Assembly (NCBI GenBank): GCA_048882485.1
Contig: JBHLRP010000057.1
Coordinates: 1 to 19,188, forward strand
Source of the DNA: Candidatus Thorarchaeota archaeon
Lineage (GTDB): Archaea; Asgardarchaeota; Thorarchaeia; Thorarchaeales; Thorarchaeaceae
Length of the DNA: 19,188 bases
Reading direction: 5' to 3'
In this document: piece by piece, positions 14,722 to 19,188 of the stretch
Layout: each line of letters opens with the position of its first letter
Position numbering within the stretch: position 1 is the first letter of the stretch
Notes under the pieces: model-generated
Databases searched by the model: none
What the model saw: only the letters and a program-made list of their open reading frames with translations
What the model was told of the DNA's origin: nothing
Made by a program: the position numbers and the translations under genes

Positions 14722-16506
14722 GTGATAGGAGATACGAGGATGATGAAGACGAGATTGGCTGGCTTCGCGATGTTTGTAGTCCTGATGAGCATCACAAATC
14801 CACTTAGTCTGTCGGCAACATGCCTCACCATAACTATGGATACTGAGCCTCTACATGTTTCAGCTCAACAGGCTCCAATTGAAATAAACCACAATGACAA
14901 CTTCACAACTCAAGGATGGCCGGGGAGTGGGACTGCTATTGATCCTTTCATCATAGAAGGGCTCTCCATCCTTACCTATGACGGAATCTCAATATCCATC
15001 AGTGGGACGACTGTACATTTTGTCATCCTTGATTGCGAGCTCAACAGTATCTCCTTTTCCTCCCTAGAGCATGGAGTGGTTGAGAACTGCTCTTTCGACA
15101 GCAATGGTGCTGCAAGCATTCTCATCGAAGATTCCGACAACTGTACCATTCGAAACAACATCATTTTTGGATATGCAGAAAATGGCTTACTCCTCGATAA
15201 CAGCACTCACACAAGCATCTTGGACTGCATCATACATGGTATGGGATATGGCATTCATTTCAAAAATAGGTATGCCGCCCCCTATGGCAACATTGTCGAT
15301 AGCAATCGCATCTATGGCTGTAATGCTCTAGGTGGTATCGCTTTGACCAACATTCAAGGTGTTCTAATCAGAAACAACACCGTGTATTCGAATAATCAGA
15401 ATGGCATATATCTGGGAAGAGATGCCGTTGCAAATATGGTTACAGGAAACCACCTTGGCTGGAATGGAGAGAGCTACTACAACGCCTATGACTTCGAGGG
15501 AGCTTCAGCAAACAACAATTGGAGTGGAAACTACTACAGCGACTATAGCGGTTCAGGTGACTATCTTGTACATACCCCTGGTATTACTGTTAGAGACCAG
15601 ACACCCGGACTCTGGGAGTACGATGGCATCCCGACTATCAATTCTATTCCTGACTTCTCAGTGGAATGGAGCATAGGTGGGTTTTTCCTCTACTGGTATC
15701 CCGAAGATCGTTTCCCCTCGCGATATGAAATCTTGGACAATGGAACACACGAGTATTTTGACACTTGGGACCATCGAGGCATTGAGTTTCATGTACGAGG
15801 CGCTGTATATGATATAGGCGTTCACAACTTCACCATTATCGTCTCTAACGCTGTGGGGAACTCGACCTCAGATACAGTCTTTGTGAACATCCGACCTCAG
15901 AAGCATAACCTTCGCTGGGCAGTGGAGAACGGGACTAGACTGGACTATGAAGTGCAAATTCGAGGCAGTCACTCTCAAAATCGGACTGGTGAGCTGTATC
16001 TCTTGGTCGATGAGCCACCAGAGATATCTCCTACCCTTGGTGGATTGCCTCTTCTAACGGCCAGAGGGTACTGGTCAGGGAATGACTCAGAGATCGAGGA
16101 CTGGTATGACCCGCCATCAAGCAAAAACCACTTCCCTCTGGCAGTAGTCATGCCCATAGGAAATTGGTCTCAACTCACTGTCGTATTGACTGCATATGGG
16201 AAAAGCTTCAATCAATCACAGATTGGAGAGCATGTCTTCTATCTTCTCGAAACCGAGTCAACTTGGGGCTATCGATATGTCACATTAGACAATGATGCCG
16301 TTGTGGAAACCGTAGTGCTTTGGTCTAAGGATGATGGGGCTCTGGAAAGCATTGAGGCGTTGATGGAGTATAACACTGGTACTTGGGCTAGTTATGTACT
16401 CCAGAGGATAGAACGGCCAATCATACCTATCCCTATCCTACTCTCAGTTTCACTTGGAATCCTGGCCATAGTGGTGGCTATTGTAGTAATACGGAAGCGA
16501 AGATAG
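14722..16506 (+). CDS. Cell-surface protein: signal peptide, NosD-like parallel beta-helix, Ig-like domain, C-terminal membrane anchor
   Basis: Hydrophobic N-terminus, GWPGSGTAIDPFIIEGLSI cap, beta-helix repeats (NCTIRNNII, IRNNTVYSNNQNGIYL), Ig-like GVHNFTIIVSNAVGNSTSDTVFVNI, many N-x-S/T sequons, and a C-terminal TM helix plus IRKRR. RBS GGAGG at 14712-14716; alternative ATG starts at 14740/14743. Confidence 0.88.
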   Translation: MIGDTRMMKTRLAGFAMFVVLMSITNPLSLSATCLTITMDTEPLHVSAQQAPIEINHNDNFTTQGWPGSGTAIDPFIIEGLSILTYDGISISISGTTVHFVILDCELNSISFSSLEHGVVENCSFDSNGAASILIEDSDNCTIRNNIIFGYAENGLLLDNSTHTSILDCIIHGMGYGIHFKNRYAAPYGNIVDSNRIYGCNALGGIALTNIQGVLIRNNTVYSNNQNGIYLGRDAVANMVTGNHLGWNGESYYNAYDFEGASANNNWSGNYYSDYSGSGDYLVHTPGITVRDQTPGLWEYDGIPTINSIPDFSVEWSIGGFFLYWYPEDRFPSRYEILDNGTHEYFDTWDHRGIEFHVRGAVYDIGVHNFTIIVSNAVGNSTSDTVFVNIRPQKHNLRWAVENGTRLDYEVQIRGSHSQNRTGELYLLVDEPPEISPTLGGLPLLTARGYWSGNDSEIEDWYDPPSSKNHFPLAVVMPIGNWSQLTVVLTAYGKSFNQSQIGEHVFYLLETESTWGYRYVTLDNDAVVETVVLWSKDDGALESIEALMEYNTGTWASYVLQRIERPIIPIPILLSVSLGILAIVVAIVVIRKRR

Positions 16507-16582
16507 CTACGATTCAGTCTTTAATCCGGTTTCCCTATCAGCATTCCCAATGCAAAGCAAGTAGGATCGGAATTCAGCAGGA

Positions 16583-16633
16583 CTACAGGACTTGGCGCTT
16601 GCCGCAATAGATGCATGTCTGTATGCCTCCCTT
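16583..16633 (-). pseudogene. Relic 3' end of a paralogue of the 16735-17652 gene
   Basis: Translates KGGIQTCIYCGKRQVL*, versus ERGVTTCPNCGKRQVL* in the intact gene. 30 of 39 nt are identical between 16580-16618 and 16732-16770. No start codon in the open frame. Confidence 0.7.
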
Positions 16634-16734
16634 ACAGACAAAAAGAGAGCCAGAAGAAACTTTGTTGAATCTTACATCTTGGCGATGGCAAGGATTACAA
16701 CAGGATACATCAATTGAACCAACTATGCTGTGGA

Positions 16735-17652
16735 CTACAATACTTGCCTCTTACCGCAATTGGGACATGTAGTGACTCCTCTCTCTTCCTTCGGAATCAG
16801 CATCTCTCTACCGCATTCGGAACAAGTGCGCACATGATGAGTTGCAGTCCGCTCGGACTCTCTAATCATTTCAATGTCCTCAGCGGTTGCTTCAACGTGA
16901 GAGATCATCCGCCCCAGACCGTCTCCTATCAGGACGGGGAAGAATGCAGCCACATAGGCATAACCGACCAAAATCAACAGGTATGGACTCCATCCTTCCA
17001 GGAGTACTGCATAGGCAATCAAAGGAAGTGCAACTATAAGAGTCAGCGCATAAGTGAACTGATTGTTTCGTTTCTCAATCAATAGCTCCTTTCTCATCCA
17101 CAGGTAGGCAATCATTGTCTTGCTCCATCTGCGTTCCTTCCTAGTGGCAATAGCCAATCCCACACTGCCGAAGAATCCCATCATGGCCTCACCCAGAAAG
17201 AGGTCGTTGAAGTCATAGTCCTCCCATACTGGACTGGTTTCAATGTTGAACGAAATTACACCTTCCACTGGACATGTGTTCATAGTTGATGGATTGCTCA
17301 GGACCACATGCCACTCACTCTCCCAAGGCACCACTATCTCCAATCGTGTTGGCTCCTCGTCAGATATGCGCGTTTCATTCAGTGCGTCATAGACTCGACC
17401 ATCCGCCCAGTTCTCATACTCGGAAGCGTTGAGAACAAGAATGTCCAAGAAGTGTCCCTGAGTGTCCAGCTCATAGGCAATCTTGTTTGCTGCATCAACG
17501 TGCCCAGACCATACCGTATGGCCTGACGCTTCTATATTCTCCGCATTGAATGTTTCGACCTGATTCATCCTCTCAAAGACGATGAGTCCACTCAGAATAC
17601 CAATGGTGACTATGAACGCGGCAAGAAGAGCTGCAGGTATTCTTCGATTCAC
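16735..17652 (-). CDS. Membrane protein: N-terminal TM, beta-rich (probably extracellular) domain, three TMs, C-terminal Zn ribbon
   Basis: GTG start with RBS GGAGTG (17666-17661), four hydrophobic segments, C-terminal CSECG...CPNCG. Confidence 0.8.
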   Translation of the reverse strand: MNRRIPAALLAAFIVTIGILSGLIVFERMNQVETFNAENIEASGHTVWSGHVDAANKIAYELDTQGHFLDILVLNASEYENWADGRVYDALNETRISDEEPTRLEIVVPWESEWHVVLSNPSTMNTCPVEGVISFNIETSPVWEDYDFNDLFLGEAMMGFFGSVGLAIATRKERRWSKTMIAYLWMRKELLIEKRNNQFTYALTLIVALPLIAYAVLLEGWSPYLLILVGYAYVAAFFPVLIGDGLGRMISHVEATAEDIEMIRESERTATHHVRTCSECGREMLIPKEERGVTTCPNCGKRQVL

Positions 17653-17676
17653 AGACGAAACACTCCGGGCTAGTTA

Positions 17677-18069
17677 TTATTGAAGTCGCTTGGGTTTGTG
17701 CTTCCAAGCCAGATACGAGAAGACCATTGTTAGAATGACTGCAGGATACAACATGATGTAAATCGTCCAATAGGCAGCATATGTCAAGGTCACGAAAAAG
17801 AACGCTGCCGCTGAATACCATGCATGGGACCGTTCCTTCTTCTCCTCTCTGATTGCCCGTTCCTCAGGTGTCAACATCCTCTCCGTCGAGGGTGGGACAA
17901 TCTCCGTCATCGACAGAACCACGTTTATGTCGTTGACCTCAGCCTCAATCCATTGACGGAACTCTGGCGGTGGAGCATTGGTGGACTCTGTGATGAGCAC
18001 CTCAGTGGTGGTGAAGTCCTTGTGCCGAAGGGTCACCCTTGTGCGATTCTCTTCTTCTACTTTCCTCAC
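17677..18069 (-). CDS. Hypothetical membrane protein with two C-terminal TM helices; true start may be TTG 18096 with an in-frame TGA
   Basis: Hydrophilic N-terminal region, two hydrophobic helices and a basic tail; 24 nt from the next gene. Confidence 0.65.
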   Translation of the reverse strand: MRKVEEENRTRVTLRHKDFTTTEVLITESTNAPPPEFRQWIEAEVNDINVVLSMTEIVPPSTERMLTPEERAIREEKKERSHAWYSAAAFFFVTLTYAAYWTIYIMLYPAVILTMVFSYLAWKHKPKRLQ

Positions 18070-18126
18070 GACCTTCCCTCATAGGATACGACTCAAAGCC
18101 CATACCACTCCTAGAACTACTTAATG

Positions 18127-18145
18127 GACTTCTGAAATATAAGTC
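18127..18145 (-). promoter_or_regulatory. Putative TATA box (TTATATTT, 18142-18135) framed by inverted repeat GACTT-N9-AAGTC
   Basis: About 24 nt upstream of RBS GGAGTGG (18111-18105). Repeat arms at 18127-18131 and 18141-18145. Confidence 0.4.
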
Positions 18146-18728
18146 ATCCCAGAAAGTCGTTGAGGTCCGTTTCTTTCATTTATTGACTCGGGACATGAAA
18201 TGCCTCAGAAGTGTAAGAAACAGCAGTTCCGTTCTACCGCGCTCTGTTGGTCTTATGGGAAGGTTGACTCTGAGCGATTGAAGATTGCCCGTTGGTAGTG
18301 GTGGCTTAATACCCTAAACCAGCCAAGAGCTGTATGAGTGTTCTGAGAACGTGCCGCGTGATGACGGTGCGGGTCTGTCAAGCTCTCAGGGTGCCCTTTC
18401 TCCTCCTGCCTAGCTTTTCAACCTTCCAAAGGGGAAACGATTTTCCACCGGTTTCCGAGTCATCATTTCTCCTCTGGATACAGAAACTAAATCCCACTTA
18501 TGAAAGAAGGCTATACTCCAACTGAAGAATAAGACTGTTAAATGGGTGGCAATAAACGACACTGATGTGACTCTAAACGGCTAAGCATACACCAAGAGAG
18601 CGGTAGAAGCCACTGAGATGAAAGCCTTGGTCTATTAGGACACTTAAGAAGGCTTAACCTGTGAGGGGAAGTCATCCTTCTACTCGTACGGATTACTCAC
18701 GAAACTCATGCGATTCTTTTCAGGAGAG

Positions 18729-19188
18729 CTACGAGGGAATTATGCTTGTATATCCGTCCCATCTACGAATACCTGTAGGGCCATTTGCAAGGACACCTAC
18801 GTATACATGTGACAGATTATGAAGATCAAAAGAGGTCTGAAATGTCAAGCTGACTTTTTCATTAACAGCTAGAGAAAAATCACCATCAATTACAGTTATC
18901 TCACTCGTAGTCTTTATCTCACCAAGTGACGAATTGAAGTCTATCAGTCTGTCCTCAACACATATGATTGCCTTTTCGATATGATAGAGATCACCTTGTG
19001 GGATTGGATAGTTCTTGAAGCTCTCAACCATACAAATAACAGTAAATGATACAGTTCCATTACTATAGACCGCTTTGTCAGTGATCTTGAGGTATAAGAC
19101 AAGTCGGGGAAGCTCACCATCATCAGGCGAAGGACTGACTAGATAGAGAGTGAGCCCTCCACTGACTATGCAAGCGATAATTATGCAA
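18729..19188 (-). CDS. Partial (5'-truncated) membrane-anchored or secreted protein with a beta-rich domain
   Basis: The frame of the track ORF 18729..19031 stays open to the window end and adds CIIIACIVSGGLTLYLVSPSPDDGELPRLVLYLKITDKAVYSNGTVSFTVIC, a hydrophobic signal/anchor. The real start is therefore probably outside the window. Confidence 0.7.
   Translation of the reverse strand, partial: CIIIACIVSGGLTLYLVSPSPDDGELPRLVLYLKITDKAVYSNGTVSFTVICMVESFKNYPIPQGDLYHIEKAIICVEDRLIDFNSSLGEIKTTSEITVIDGDFSLAVNEKVSLTFQTSFDLHNLSHVYVGVLANGPTGIRRWDGYTSIIPS

Noticed and set aside
19029-19031. ATG 19031 as the start of the last gene
   Set aside because: The frame is open to the window edge and encodes a hydrophobic anchor upstream.
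1-19188. CRISPR array, tRNA, rRNA, RNase P or SRP RNA
   Set aside because: No regularly spaced repeats, cloverleaf/T-loop signature or conserved RNA motifs were recognised in the intergenic regions.

Overview
Archaeal DNA. Support: GGAGG/GAGGTGA ribosome-binding sites, TATA-like boxes, an archaeal thiolase plus DUF35 pair, and a NosD-type surface protein. An Asgard/Thorarchaeia-like source is my inference only. The window has three parts. (1) 238-6794 is an acyl-CoA/lipid metabolism cluster: nitroreductase-family flavoprotein, probable double ribbon-helix-helix (RHH) protein, SCP2 lipid-binding protein, 3-hydroxyacyl-CoA dehydrogenase, enoyl-CoA hydratase, an opposite-strand GNAT acetyltransferase, thiolase and DUF35. 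(2) 6809-14173 (minus strand) is a tightly coupled three-gene cassette and the best candidate for an undescribed system. It encodes an 82-aa protein, a 1019-aa membrane-anchored HerA/VirB4/FtsK-superfamily ATPase with a degenerate arginine-finger motif, and a 1351-aa protein. That protein has an acidic disordered arm with a PIP-box-like motif, about three 100-aa HTH-containing repeats, and a free-standing intein-type LAGLIDADG endonuclease domain; its stop codon lies inside the terminator hairpin of the thiolase operon. (3) 14722-19188 holds surface and membrane protein genes, plus a relic of a paralogue's 3' end and a gene with a possible in-frame UGA. No rRNA, tRNA, CRISPR array, integrase or transposase was recognised. 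All domain calls come from reading motifs by eye, not from searches.
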